A DNA stretch of 64,000 nucleotides from Vicugna vicugna. Taxonomy: Eukaryota. The number at the start of each line of letters is the position of its first letter. Position 1 is the first letter of the stretch. Below, piece by piece: positions 26,916-40,339 of this stretch. Where the stretch lies: NCBI GenBank assembly GCA_013265495.1, contig MU058718.1:682001-746000 (forward strand), given 5' to 3'. Both the position numbers and the translations under genes were made by a program. The notes under the pieces are model-generated. The model saw only the letters and a program-made list of their open reading frames with translations, searched no databases and had not been told where the DNA came from.

Positions 26916-27480
26916 TTTTTTAAAAAAAAAATTAAGATATAATGGACATATTACATTTTATTCATTTCAGGTATACAACATATATGATTTTATATATGTA
27001 TATAACACGAAATGGTCACCACAATAAGTTTAGTTAATATCTGTCACCACACATCATTACAGAATTTTTTCTTGTTCTGAGAAATTTTAAGATCCATTCT
27101 CTCAGCATCTTTCCAATACACAATACAGTATTGTGAACTATAGTCACCGCACTGTACGCTACATCCTCCTTAAGTGCCTAATAAACACTTATTTATCTTA
27201 AAACTGGGAGCGTGTAACTTTTGATCACCTTGACCCATTTAACCCACTTTTCCTACCCCCCACCTCTGGTAACCACAAATCTGATCTTGTTGTCTATGAG
27301 TTTGGTTGTTTTCTGTTTGTTTGTTTTTAGATTCTACTTGTACATGAGATCATATAGTATTTCTCTTTCTCTCACTTATGTTACTAAGCATAATGCCTGC
27401 AAAAACCATCCATGTTGTCACAAATGGCAGGATTTCCTTTTTCATGGCCGAATAACACTCCATTTAATGTACACATCTCC
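26916..27480 (-). mobile_element. Older L1 (L1MA-like) 3' UTR
   Basis: caccacaataagtttagttaatatc...aatacagtattgtgaactatagtcacc; flanked by ggga(t/c)agagttct at about 26904 and 27486. Confidence 0.8.
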
Positions 27481-28559
27481 TTTAAGGGACAGAGTTCTCA
27501 GAGTAGGGGTCTAACTCCCCTCTTCTTGCCTGTTGTCTTAATGATTTTTACCAAATCACTCGCTAATTCAATGCTTTATTCTTACTAAACATATGCCTTC
27601 TTATCCAGATACTAGAGGAACTAATGATACAGTTGAATCAGTAAATCGTTTTGAGACCTCTGAAGAAAGGGAGTTATTTTCCTTTACAGTCCAGGGATTT
27701 CCAACCACACGTTGGATTCACTGCTGGGTTCTCCATCATTCAGAGGTTCTGGCAGGTCAGTGATGGTGTGTGATACATATCCCAATATTTATTCATGTTC
27801 ACAGAACACCATGTTCAGAAATGCAGGGTTTGCAGGTTTGGTTAAAGCAGACTTGCCTCCCTCTTGATTCAGAATGCTTTTCTCTTCATCTGATATTCTG
27901 ATCTTTCCTCCTCCTCTCCCTCTTTCCCCCACCCCCAACCAGGAAGCTGGGTCTCCACTCAACAGGATCTTTCATCCCTGTATTGCAGGAACTAACACAG
28001 CACCAGACACACAGCTGGTATTGAGTGAATGAATGAATGAACTTGGTGTCCACCGCTATCCAGGTAGTAGAGCAAAGATTTTCTTGGATTTGGGGCCAGG
28101 TCAGCACCAGGAAAATTCAAAAAGGATTCTTTTACAGACAGCCAATGCCAGACCAATTTGAAGGCAGCAGTGACATCAGGTTTGCAGAACCAGCTCTTGT
28201 TTTTATATCATCTCTACCCACCTCCGGTTCTCATAGTATAGCTGGTACCCCCCTTGTCGGATGCAGTCTCCTTGTATCACACTCCCCTAAGCCTCTTTTC
28301 CCAGCCTAAACTAAGCCTCATACATAGTGCCATGACCTTAGTCCTCTGCCCTCAGTGAGATGCCAGGAAAGAAACTTGGTAAGTACGTTTAAGCCATAGT
28401 ACTGGGAGAAGACTAGATATATGCATTTTAGAAAGAGACTTAGAACTAATATCTACCTTCCAAGAACTTAAAATTTATTGACTTTTTAGTTAAAGCCTAG
28501 GTAGAAAATTAAATCTCATTGCTCCCTCCCACACACAAAAAATGGCTCCACATAAAAAC

Positions 28560-28740
28560 TATACTGGACTTGGAGTCAGAAGATTTGGGTTTGCATCTTG
28601 GGGTCTGCCTTTTCTTGGCTGGTTATCATAAACACAACATGTGCTCTCTCTGATCTGAAATGTTATTGTACGTAAAATGGAGAGGGTAATGCCCCTATCT
28701 CAGTGCTGCTGTGTGGATTAAATGCAGTTTAGTTTATAAT
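28560..28740 (+). mobile_element. MIR SINE
   Basis: actggacttggagtcagaagatttgggttt...gtaaaatggag. Confidence 0.7.
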
Positions 28741-28985
28741 ACTGTTCTGTTAAATCTGATGTAGTAAATGATGAGTGCAGTGAAACAGTACAGAAAAGAA
28801 GGAACAAGAAGACTAGTCCTTGAAAATCCAAAACAAAGATAGAAGGGGAAATCGGTACTGCATGAAACGAGCTTCAGCAGAGACTTGGGCTGTGATCTGC
28901 AGGGCCTAACACATAATCATGGTGTGAAAATTACAAGTGGTCCCTGCCTATCGACCCAGAGTTGTTGATGTTGGTGAAGGAAAAG

Positions 28986-29019
28986 GATGATGATGATGAC
29001 GATGATGAGGATGACGATG
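28986..29019. repeat. (GAT)n-like trinucleotide repeat
   Basis: Direct inspection. Confidence 0.85.
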
Positions 29020-29180
29020 CCTTTACTGAGGGAAGACCATGTACCTAGCACACTTCTGAGCACTTGATGTTTTATCTTGTTCACCCAGATAATAACTCTA
29101 AGAAGCCAGTCCTACAGTCATCCTCATTTTACAGATGAGAAAAGAAACAAAGGCCCAGAGAGTTTAATTCATCACATAGT
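29020..29180 (-). mobile_element. MIR SINE
   Basis: catcctcattttacagatgagaa core. Confidence 0.7.
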
Positions 29181-30471
29181 GCAGTTCCCTCCCAGCACGT
29201 ACGTCTCCTTTCAGGAGACTGCTGAATGAGAGGAGAAAGGCAACAGCACGTAAAAGCAGACTTTCCTTCAGCAGGACCGCAAGGGTGACGCTCAAGAGCA
29301 GGGATAGAATGAAGTTATAGACGCTGAGAAGAAACCTAGGAGAATCCTAGTGGGAAAGACCAAAAGGAAATTCTTTATAGTGGGAGACAAAATGTAGTCT
29401 GCCTGAAAGAGAAAGGCCCATTGGAAGCAAGGAGAACGTAACTGTTGGGAAATCAACAGAGATCAGACCATGGCATTTCCCCACAGCCTTGCCCGATGCA
29501 GCAGGCACACTAATCAGTGCTGTGCTCATTGTCGGAGGCACGACCTGCTGTTGTGACAATTGAGGGCTGGGGTGAGGGCACACTGATGAAGCTGCAGGAC
29601 CCTGACAGCCTCGTGCCACCTCTGAGTATTCAGCACCATTCCCGTGAGCAACGAACAGAGGAAACAGCCAGAGCTTGCTGTCACCACCAGACTGCTAATG
29701 AAACCTGAAAGTCTGCAAACAAAACTGCCAGCCTCTTCACAAGTAAACGACCACCCAGAACGGTCTAAATTCCGAAAAGGAGCTCCTTCCACTGGGAACA
29801 GTTTCCCTCGGTGGTGAGTCCCCCAAAATAGGCTTGTCTCAGAGACTGTCAACCAAAATGAGATCAAGAAATCCTGACAAAGTCTTTGCTGTTCTGTATT
29901 TTCCTCCTTCTCAATCAATAAATAATTGATTCTGTGTCAGCTGGGACCTCTTACATCCCAAACACAGATAAGAGATTTCAGGGACCAGATATAGATCTTT
30001 ATGGTCATGAAACAAATTTACAAACCAGAGTAAAATGTGGGAATCCAAGGCACAGAAACTGCCGGGGACTGTTATGAGAAAGAGACACAGAGAGGCAGAG
30101 AGATAGAGAGGGAGGGAGAAAGGAAGACAGGGAGGGAGGAAAGAGAAAATATTTCTGAGGAACGGGCAGTTTGTCCTTTTAATTGGGGGAAGGAAATACA
30201 AATCCCTCTCTGCCTTGAGTTGCTTGGGGTAACAGGTTTGCACATGGTGATCTGAAGGCACATAGAAAACAACCAAGGTTATTTTTTTATCAAACACAAA
30301 TATTTTGCCTTCGTTAGCCAATTCATGCAGACTTTTGGGCCAAACAAACCCTATGAAAATAAACAGAACTGCAAGGATTTGGCACTTTTAAAAGGGAGTA
30401 GTTTGTAAACAGCAGAATGTTAGACCTCTTTACATCCTCATCAATGAGCCGGATGTATTAGAAACTGGCAG

Positions 30472-30520
30472 CGTGTGTGTGTGCGCGTGTGTGTGTGTGT
30501 GTGTGTGTGTGCGTGCGTGC
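30472..30520. repeat. (TG)n/(CG) microsatellite
   Basis: Direct inspection. Confidence 0.95.
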
Positions 30521-31059
30521 ACATGCTCTAACCCACACCGACTCAACATTCAAAATATCTAATCAAGGTAGGCAAGCCACAGGCACCACAAGCATCCTGA
30601 GGAAATGGAAGCAGCGTGATATGAGCTGGCCTGTCTGAAATCCCAAAGCAAAGTAAAAACAACCTAAAACCCACAGGGTGGAACATGGGGAAGCAGGCTC
30701 TGCAGAGATGTGATGTGCTGAGAGATTCTGAGAGTGAGAGGAGCTGGTCAGAGGGGAAGGAAGGGAACCACTGACCTGGCCCCTTCCCACCCTGCGACAG
30801 GTCACCTGAGCTGCTGATGCTTCATCTGGCCCAGTGGGTAGTGGCTGTGAGGAGCGGCCCCCTCCTCCTCTGTCCCCTTACCCTCAACCCTCCATTGGCA
30901 GAGAGGGTGGGGCCAGATGCAGGCAAGATGTTTTAAGACCAGCAGGTAGACACACATGAGACGCAAAGATGCTGAGACAGTTCACCAAGGCTCAACCATC
31001 ATGTTCTTTTCCTACATCTTCAAGACTGCCGGGTAGAGGAGATCAAAGCTACAACAATA

Positions 31060-31240
31060 ATAATGTCGGCCATGTATCCCATGCCCCTACGCGTCAGGCA
31101 CTGTGCTAAGAACGTCACGTAAAATATTTAATTCAATTTTCACAATGACTCTGTGATGCAGGTTATTTCCCCCACAACAGGGGCTTAGAGAGATTAAAGT
31201 CATTGCCGGGATCAATAAGCACCAAGTGGCACGGTCCACA
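31060..31240 (-). mobile_element. MIR SINE
   Basis: caggcactgtgctaag...tcacaatgactctgtga...gcttagagagattaa. Confidence 0.7.
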
Positions 31241-31441
31241 GAGATGCTCAGCCACATCCCCTTCCTCTAGTGTGCCAACCATGCTCAGCCATTTAGAGAG
31301 GTAAATGGGATTCTGGGCCCTAAGGTTAATAAACCTAGCCTCGGTCAGATTTTCACAAATAATAAATGCCAAAAGGCAAAATCAACCTTGTCTAATTTAG
31401 GGAGGAGTATTTTTTTCAACAACATTATTTATGATAGAACC

Positions 31442-31608
31442 GGGGAGAGGGTATAGCTCAAGTGGTAGAGTGCGTGCTTAGCCTGCATGAGGTCCTGGGT
31501 TCAATCCCCAGTCCCTCCTCCAAAAGTAAATAAACCTAACTACCCACCCCTGCCAAAATAAAAAATGATTAAATAATGCAATAATAAATAAATAAAATAT
31601 TTAAAAAA
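31442..31608 (+). mobile_element. tRNA-derived SINE (camelid Vic-1-like)
   Basis: ggggagagggtatagctcaagtggtagag (A box)...ggttcaatcccc (B box) + A-rich tail. Confidence 0.85.
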
Positions 31609-32859
31609 TAGAATAGATGTGCCCTCTCTCCTAGAACATCAGTAGACACTGGATCCAGATAATAAAACTAACTTATCAATTTCCAGCGTGGCTAAAAATT
31701 ATTATAGTTTCCATGATAATAGAAATTAATTTCAAGATTCTATTACAACTCAAAGTATAATCTACCCTGAAACAATAAGTGACTGGCTTAAATCTCTTGG
31801 AGAAACCTCTCTTGTTGCCCAAAGAATAGGAACAGAAAACTGTTTTATTTACAGACAAATCTGCTTTTAAATTGGGAAGTTTAACCAACAGCCTCTTTGA
31901 TCATATATGATTACTTCTCTTTCTCTTTCACATTTATTCCATTTAAGAAAGACGACCTTAAGACTAAAAGTTTATAACACCCATCACTAAATATTCACCT
32001 TCAGAATGCCAATATTTTAGAATTCTATTGCCTAGGTTCACGGTAAAATATTAATGTACACAGAAATTTGTGGAGCGTTAATAGAGCCATCTCAGCGTGA
32101 CAAATGGGTCAAGTTCCACACACAACATTATGGGAAACATCAGGTTAGTGTGCTCAGACCAGCTGCCCCGTGTGGCAGCTCCCCGGTACAGCCACCTGTG
32201 AATCACGAGGGTTCACAGTTGCCCTAAGCCTGTGGCATCCACCAAGTGGCTTGCCTAAGCAAAGCCAAGACTTTTCTTCTACTCCTGGAGAGTGAAAACT
32301 CCATATGTTGTGCCATAATCTCCTTGTAGCAAAAATAGCCTTGGGGATTTAAATCCCTTCCAGGAAGGAAGGATGTACGGATGGTGACCATTTGGCCAAA
32401 AGCTATCGAGGCTGGGGTTTGTGCAATAACTGAGCTGTTTTTTTACCCAAGACCCTCCTTAAACATAATCACAATGTGTTAGCAGAGAGGCTGTTGAGTC
32501 TGGGCATTGTTTATTGGTATATGAGGAATTCTTAATAAAAATTTCAAGAATTCAAGAGCTCCTCAGTGGCACATGAAACAAAAGGGAAAGAAATTTCATC
32601 TGCTAGAGATCTTAAAAGGCCATTTAGAATCAATTTAACACAATCAGTGTCAAAAGGGTTGAGAAGTCATCACCGTGTCACTGACAAAGCTACCTTCCGT
32701 TCCTGCTAATTTCTCTTCTTGAGAAACCAGAACTGATGGTAGAAGATGCTTCCCCTTTCTTTTGAGGATGCTGTTGACAGCTCTGCATCTGCTGGGCCTC
32801 TTTTTCACTCTCCTCTGGGCTGACACATGGTGCTGATTGCTAGATCTCTTCTCACCTGA

Positions 32860-33950
32860 CCTATAAGCAGCTTTGGACACAGAACATCATTCTCTCCTTG
32901 ATGATACTTCTTCATTTGGCTCCTAGGGCTCCATGCTCTCCTGGCTTTCCACCAACCTTGCCGATGGCTCCTGTTCATCCTCCCTGGCTAGTTCCACACT
33001 GCTCCCTGCTTCTTGATGCTGAAATAACTCAGTTCTTAGTCTCTGTCTCTCTTCCCTCATCCCCATGGTGACCTCATGCAGTCTCATGCCCTAGAGATGG
33101 TATTTAAGGCAAACAACTTCCAAATTTATATCTCTACCCTCGACCACTCCCTTGAATTCTAGACTTGTGTATCCAACTGCTTATTCAACACTGGACTTGG
33201 AGCTTTAATAAACATCTCAAATGCAACATGTTCCAAACTGAAAGCATCTTACACATATTAAGTTGTTTATTCACAACCACCACATAAGGATGGTGAAACT
33301 ACTCTCATTTTATAAAGAACAGAGAAGCACACAGAGGTGAGATGATTGCCCAGGGTCATATCTCTAGTGAGTGACAGACTCAAGAAGCCACCATCATCCT
33401 TGAGTCTTCCCTCCCCCTGTCTTCCTCTCCTCTGTCCCTACCCCTACACCTCAGTCCTTTGTGCCCAACCGATTAGCAAAGCTTCTAGGCTCCGCCACCT
33501 CCATCTCCACCCCAGGCACTCAAGCGTCACGCTCTCTCTCTCATGGGCCACTGCAGTAGTTCCTAGTTAATCTCCCTGCTTCCCTGCACTTGCCCCCAAC
33601 TGTTTACTTTCTAACCCACAACAAGAGTGATCTTATAAAACCGAACTTTAGACCCTCTACTGGCTTTCCCTGCACTTAGAACACACTCCTGAGTAGAGTC
33701 GGTACAAACCCTGCCTTCCTGTCCAACTCACTGCCTTGCACCCTCCTCTTCACCTGCCAGCCTTCAGCCACAGTGGTGTGCTTTCATGCTCTTAAACACA
33801 CCAGGGCCACTTCTGCCTTGTAGCTTAGTCCCAGCTGTTGTGACCCCATTTTCCATGGCTGGCTCTGTCTTATCATCTAGGACTCAATCTCAGTGTCACA
33901 TCCATGGAGCGACCTTCCTTGACCACTTAATCTAAAGTAACCCCTGCCTC
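32860..33950 (+). mobile_element. L2 LINE fragments with an internal MIR (about 33250-33380)
   Basis: ttccaaatttatatctcta...atccaactgcttattcaaca...catctcaaatgcaacatg; ccttccttgaccact. Confidence 0.7.
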
Positions 33951-33989
33951 TATGCCACTCTAGTTAGGACTGTGGACTGGTACAAGCTC

Positions 33990-34770
33990 TTCAGACAGCC
34001 AGTTGGCAAGATCCATCAAAGCCTAAAGGCACGTACGTAGCCATCTGACCCAACAATTCTACTTCTAAGAATTCATTCTAAATATAAACTTGTACAAGTG
34101 TGAAATGATATATGTTGCAGGATTATGTATTACTCTGCTGCTTCTAATAGCAAAACACTGGCAACAACCTAAACGTGCATCCTTAAGAGCTCCTTGAATA
34201 AATTATCATACAGAGTAAAAGATAAAGTGCATTAGGTGCCTAACAACATCCTTATGAGTTAAGTACTATTATAAGCCCTATTACAAGAGAAGAAAGTCAA
34301 GGAATAAAGAGCTTAGGTAACAACCTCAAATGCAAAGCTAGTAAGTGGTAAAGTGGGGATTCAGACCTCAGGTTGTTACTCTCTGTATTATCACGGTTCC
34401 CAACATACATTACATGGTAAAATATTACACAGCCATCAAAAGGAATGAGGCATTATATACATACTAATAAGCACTGATCTCCAAGACATGCTGTTACATG
34501 AAAAAAGTATAGAACAAGGGGGAGAGTTTAATCTCTTGGAATTTTATTCTAGTTAAAGAATGCAAATATATATGTTTGCATATATCAATACAAAGACATA
34601 AGAAACAGTGGAAAAATATGTAAGAAACAGTGGCTACTCTGGAAAGAGAAACTAAGGACGGGGTGGCAGAAGACTTACATTTCACCACACACTCTTTGGT
34701 GCCTTTTGATTTTTGTTGTGTATGTATAAACAGATGCAGACTGCCTATTCAAGAAACTAAAAAATTAAAA
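33990..34770 (+). mobile_element. Old L1 (L1ME-like) 3' fragment interrupted by a MIR (about 34240-34390)
   Basis: gacccaacaattctacttctaagaatt...aacaacctaaacgtgcatc...gatctccaagacatg. Confidence 0.65.
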
Positions 34771-35205
34771 ACAAATAGATTGTTGGGTTGATATTTTTCC
34801 AAAAGAAAAAAAATGAGTACACCCAAGTCAAACTTTATCATTTCACCTGCTGTATTTTCTTCACGTAGCTACTATTAAATGGTTTATTTACAATGTGTGT
34901 ATATCTTATGACCCCATTAGAGTCATTATCTAAAATTATTTGGTTTTTCTTTGTGGTGGGGTTGGGGGGCAGTGCATATTTATTATACTAGGTATATAAG
35001 CTCACTAGAATACAAGCACCATGAGGGCAGAGACTGTGTGTGCATAGTTCACTGTCACAGTGAATGTTCAGCATATACTCTATGTATGAGTAACTGAGTG
35101 AATGCCAGGAGTGTAAGCTCGAATAATCAGAGTCAAAACAGTAAGAACCTTCTTTACCAAATATGCACAAAGTTTTAATGACTTTAGTCAACAAGTAAGT
35201 TTCTT

Positions 35206-35361
35206 TTTTTTTTTTTAAATTCTTATTTATTTATTTATTTTATTTGGGGAGAGGAAGTAATTAGGTTTATTTATTTATTTCTCAGTGGAGGCACTGGGGA
35301 TTGAACTCAAGACCTTGTGCATGCTAAGCACAGTGCTCTACCACTGAGCTATACCCTTCCC
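35206..35361 (-). mobile_element. tRNA-derived SINE (Vic-1-like) with TSD
   Basis: Reverse-complement SINE; caacaagtaag(t/c)ttctt at 35189 and 35362. Confidence 0.9.
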
Positions 35362-35484
35362 CAACAAGTAAGCTTCTTAACAGAAGTCAAGATCTTCAAA
35401 AAAAATCTATTATTATTTTTTTTGATAATCTACTACTATTAACACCAATCCTCAAAGTAAAGATTCTAAATAAGCAGTACTCAC

Positions 35485-35542
35485 AATGGTAAGTCCTATG
35501 TCTCAAGAGTTTTCACCTGGGCTCACATAGGGTGAGAAAATG
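35485..35542 (-). other. Exon-like segment (58 nt), closed in all frames
   Basis: Acceptor cttgtttatttatcAG, donor GTGAGT. Confidence 0.4.
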
Positions 35543-35681
35543 CTGATAAATAAACAAGTGGTGAGGCTATGAAAGAAAAACAGCTCAAACCTTAAAAAAA
35601 ACAGAAACAATTTAGAAAAGCTTTATGGGCATCTACAAAACTTCAGTCATTATTTAAATAATTTGGGGTTATAAAAATTAC

Positions 35682-35797
35682 TGTTGACTCAGGAAGGGAG
35701 ACGCTCCCTCTTCGAGACTGCACAGTGCTAAGGAGAGCATCTGCTCTTAGAAACAATCTTCCGGAGCCCTTCAGAGATGCCTTGTCTGGTCGTATCT
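35682..35797 (-). other. Exon-like segment (116 nt)
   Basis: Acceptor ttcctttgcatctAG, donor GTAATT; one frame open (ORF 35643..35840). Confidence 0.35.
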
Positions 35798-35930
35798 CTA
35801 GATGCAAAGGAATGAGCTCAGTAGCAGATCCAAACCACAAAACCTATGGGAAAATGATGATCCTGAGAATGCTCTTCATTTTCAAACTAATTAGCAAGGC
35901 AGAAGCGGAGAGCATCACTCATTAGTGCTG

Positions 35931-36430
35931 TGTAATGCTTAACTGTTTGTGTCAACTTAACCAGACAATCGGGTGCCCAAATATTTGGTCAAACACTTTT
36001 CTGGGTGTTTCTGGATGAGATTAACATTTAAATCAGTAGACAGAGTAAAGCAGATTGTCCTCCCCAGTGTGGGTGGGCCTCATGCCATCCACTGAAGGCC
36101 CGACTAGAACATAAGGCTGACCCTCCCCTAAGGAAGGGAGAGTTCCTCCTACCTGACTGCTTTCAAGCCGGGACATCAGCTTTTTCCTGCCCCTGGACTC
36201 AAACAGCAACATTGGCTCTTCTGGTTCTCAGGCCTTCGGACTTGGTCTGGAACTAAACCATTGGTTCCCTCGGATCTCAAGCTTGTCGACTCACTTTGCA
36301 GATTCTGGGACTTATCAACTTCATAACTGTGTGGACCAATTCCTTATAATAAGTAATATACATATATATATGTATATGTGTGTGTATATATATATATATT
36401 CTGTTTCTCTGGAGAACCTTGACTAATATG
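35931..36430 (+). mobile_element. MLT2 (ERVL) solo LTR
   Basis: tgtgtcaactt...gagattaacatttaaatcagtagac..gagtaaagcagattg...tctggagaaccttgactaata; 5-bp TSD tgctg at 35926-35930 and 36431-36435. Confidence 0.9.
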
Positions 36431-36616
36431 TGCTGATTCCTCTGTTAGGAAACTTGCCCAAGTGACATACTCCTTGGTATGTACCTGGTACCACCCATTA
36501 CTAGAAGACCAAGATGGGAATACAAGGTCTCCCACCCCCAACCTCATTCATGAGAAGGCATGAATGCATTCTCAGCTGATTGATAGAGACTCAACAGTTT
36601 AAAAGCTGAAGACTTA

Positions 36617-37580
36617 TACACATATATCCAATAGGGGACTGGTATCCCTAAATATATAGAGAATGACTACAACTCAATAACAACAAAAAAAAAAAACAAC
36701 CCAATTACAAAAAATGAGCAAAGGACTTAACAGACATTTCTCCAAAGAGGACACGCAAAGGGCTAATAAGCACATGAAAATATGCTCAACGTCACTAATC
36801 ATTAGGGAAATGCAAATCAAAACTACAATGAGATATTATCTCATATCCATTAAGACAGCTACTATTGAAAAAACAAGTGCTGGCAGAGATGTGGAGATTT
36901 TGGAATCCTTGTAGACTGCTGATGGGAATGTAAAATGATGCAGCTGCTATGGAAAACAGTATGGCAAGCCCTCAAAAAATTAAAAATAGAATTACCATAT
37001 GATCTAGCAATTCCACTTCTGGGTATATACCCAAAAGAGCTGAAAGAAGGATCTCAGAGAGATATTTGTACACCCATGTTCACAGCAGCGTTATTCACAA
37101 TAGCCAAAGGGAAGCCAAAAGGTGGAAACAACCCAAGTGTCCACTGACAGATGAATGGATAAACACAATGTGGAATATACATGCAATGGAATATCAGTCA
37201 GCCTTAAAAGGAAGGAAGTTCTGACACAGGCTACAACATGGATGAACCTTGATGACATGTTAAGTGAAATAAGCCAGTCACAAAAAGACAAATACTGTAA
37301 TAAGAAAAAAGATTCGACTTACATGAGGTACCTTGGAATAGTCAGATTCATAGAGACAGAAAGTGGAGTGGTGGTTGCCCAGGGTCAGGGCGGTCAGAGG
37401 AATGGGGAGTTTTTGTTTAATAAATACAGAGTTTCACTTTTATAAGATGAAAAGGGCACTGTAGATGGCCGGTGGTGATGACTGCACAACAATGTGAATG
37501 TACTTACTACCACCGAACTGTACGCTTAAATGGTTAAAATGGTAAATTTTATGCTACGTGTATTTTACAATTAAAAAAAA
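36617..37580 (+). mobile_element. L1 (L1MB-like) 3' end
   Basis: ORFs 36714, 36935 and 37155 are frameshifted ORF2 C-terminus; degenerate TSD aaaagc(tg/ca)aagactta. Confidence 0.92.
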
Positions 37581-37827
37581 AAGCCAAAGACTTAGAGATC
37601 TCCAAGATACACACGTAAGCTTTAGAAAGAAAAAGTTGCTGCAAAATGCATATAATACAGGCCCATTATGTAAAAACAAACGTAAATATACATGCCTAGA
37701 AAGGAGACAGGTTGTCATTAGCAGTTATCAATAAGATGCGAAGGAGGAGGCAAAGCAGAATGGGAATGTCTGGGGATCACTCTGCGTGCCTCTGTATTGA
37801 CTGAACCCGGTACAATGAGAACATACT

Positions 37828-38262
37828 TGTATCAGCTTCCTAGGGCGGCAGTAACAACCTGAGCTGCTTAAATCACAGAAATTTATTCTCTCCCAGCTCT
37901 AGAGGCTAGAAGTTTGAAATTGATGTGTCAGCAAGACCACACTCCCTCTGAGACTCTGGTAGAGGCCTTCCCTGCTTCCTTTCAGTTTCTGGGGGAGGCT
38001 GCCAGTCTGTCCTCCGTGGTCCTCGGCTTGCAGCTGCATCCCTGCCTCTGTCATCACACAGCATTCTCCCTGTGCATCTCTCCTCATTTGGCATTTCCCT
38101 TCTGATAAGGACACCAGGCCTAATGAGTTAGGGCCCACTTTAATGACCTCATTGTAACTTGATTATATCAGTAAAGACCCGGTTTTCAAACAAGGTCACA
38201 TTCACAGCCACTGGAGGTTAGGACTTCAGTGTTTTTGAGGGGACACAATCCAACCCGTGACA
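37828..38262 (-). mobile_element. MLT1 (MaLR) solo LTR
   Basis: tgtatcag...cagaaatttattctctc...aaacaaggtcacattc...ggacacaatccaacccgtgaca. Confidence 0.88.
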
Positions 38263-38349
38263 ATATTCTTGTTAAAAAAACACAAAAAACAAACAAAAAC
38301 AAATCTACAGTTAAGCTTCCTTGAATACTCTACTTAAGAGCCCTCAAGA

Positions 38350-38745
38350 GGATAGGTGAAGATGCTAAAAGTCTGGATTCAGGAGTCACACTGCAAAGTC
38401 TCGAATCCCATGCCGCCATTTACAAACTCCGTAACTTTGGGGCAGTTCCTTAACTTCTTGCCTCAGTTTCCTTATCTTTAAAATAACAGCACCAGGATTG
38501 GGGGGGTGCATAGCTCAAGTGGTAGAGCACATGCTTAGCATGTGTGTGGCCCTGGGGTTCAATTCCCAGTACCTCCATTAAAAATTAGATCTAATTACCC
38601 CCCTCCACCAAATAGTAGTAGTAGTAGTAATAATAATAATAAAAAATAAAAAATAACAGCACCTAGCTCAGGTTGTAAGGAGAATTAAACGAAGTCCAAA
38701 GTGCTTAGGCATCCTAAGGGCTCAATCAGCGTGAGCAATTGTTAT
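38350..38745 (+). mobile_element. MIR SINE split by a young SINE
   Basis: gcctcagtttccttatctttaaaat...aacagcacct core on both sides of the insertion. Confidence 0.75.
38500..38649 (+). mobile_element. tRNA-derived SINE (Vic-1-like) with TSD
   Basis: tagctcaagtggtagagcacatgcttagcatg; TSD aaaataacagcacc at 38480-38493 and 38650-38663. Confidence 0.9.
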
Positions 38746-39213
38746 GGTTATCACCAGTTACAGGATCTCTAAGACTCCCCTAGAAAGCAGTCCTGGGCAC
38801 CGCCAAGTGCCTTTATTTTTGCAGCTCCTACTCAATGCCTTTCTCCACCATTCCTTGCCCAAGAGTCTCATGCTTGACTTTCAGAGCTCCAGCAATTTCA
38901 TTCAATATGGGGTTACACCACTGCACTAAAGAGTCCTCCTTCATGCAGTTACCCAACTCTCAACCTGGGTGTGATCCCATCTGCTGTGTGGCAGTTGAGC
39001 TCTCTATGGATGATAGGGTCTCTGAGCAGTGCCACGTAAGCCACTAGGGCAGAACGCCCATCATGTTCTGCACAGCCAGGACACAGAGTGGTCCTCGGCC
39101 CCAAACCTCCCACTTTCTGTGATCAGTGCCCTAAATCTGGATTTTGATCTTGGCCTCACTTGCTGCTAAATCTGTATCCAGTTAATCTTACAGGGTTGTG
39201 GGGGAGGAGTCAT

Positions 39214-39227
39214 GTTGCTATGGCAAC
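39214..39227. promoter_or_regulatory. RFX X-box motif GTTGCTATGGCAAC
   Basis: One mismatch to the palindromic RFX consensus GTTGCCATGGCAAC. Confidence 0.5.
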
Positions 39228-40339
39228 CCAACAACTCTGGGCTGGAGGAGAGAAGAAATGGAATCTCAGGACGGAGACCACCCCAGGATTCAGAAACTCC
39301 CATTTCTGCCTTTGTTTCACAGAAATGAATCTTGATATGCTAAAATAAACAGACCTCCCTTCTCCTTTTTTTACAAGTTTCCAGCCATTGACAAAAATAA
39401 AAGCCTGCTCATACAAGTATTCTATTCACATGTCATTTCATAACAGGATAGAAACTAAAACTCACACTTCATTCAGCAAGTCAGGAAGTCAGCTGATTTC
39501 CTTTAAACCTTTCTCTGCATGAAACGAGCAATTGTCCAGACTGGATTTTATACATAATATTACTTTTTGACCTGCAGTTTACAAATAAACTAACAGAAGG
39601 ACACAAACAGAACCTCAGCTCTCTCATCTCCCAGTGGTTTAGAGGAGCTGGAGGAGGGCAGAGAAAGATGAAAGAAGCTGCCTTGGAAGCCTCAGACCTC
39701 ATCTTCCAGTGACTTCCCTGCCGCCCACACTGCCCACACCATAACAGAACCGCTCACACACAGCAGAGCTGACGCGCCAGATTTTCATGTCTTTGTTTTC
39801 CTGCCTGCATTCTGGTGGAGCTTCCAAGGAATAGTAAATGATTGAAAAGGTAAGCCACAGTCACGCAAACATGTGAGCACAAACCAGGGGTTGTGTACCA
39901 GATGTGCAGGCACTAAGTAATCTAAAATCAACCAAAGAAAGTTCTGGTAGGCTAGCCAGGGCTAGTGGGCAGCAAGTGTAACTGACAGGCTTTGTCTTTG
40001 AAAACCACTCTGGGCTAAACTGAGAACTGATATCTTAGGCAGCAGTTAAAATTTTCCATAAAAGAAAAAGTCAGAAGCACCCTTCGACCTGATTCTCTTT
40101 ACTTTCCATCCTTTTTTGCCTCTTTTCCCCAAGACTGTTTTTCTGAGCTTGAGTGAGGACAGAGTCAGTACTGGTGTAGAATTTGTTAACTCAGGGGTCT
40201 GGGAGCAGGGAGGTAAGATGGTGATAAGTTAGTTTGGTTATGATTATGTAATTTTTCTGAATTTTTAAAGGGAATGGCAATTGCTGAGAATAACACAGTA
40301 AGATTATACGAGTAAACAGATCAGAAAAGTAGGATGTGA

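Noticed and set aside
31442..31520. tRNA-like sequence with A and B boxes (also 35280-35361, 38500 and 52331)
   Set aside because: Multiple diverged copies with A-rich tails and, at several copies, TSDs: SINEs, not tRNA genes.
36714..37445. Three consecutive plus-strand ORFs
   Set aside because: Frameshifted L1 ORF2 remnants.
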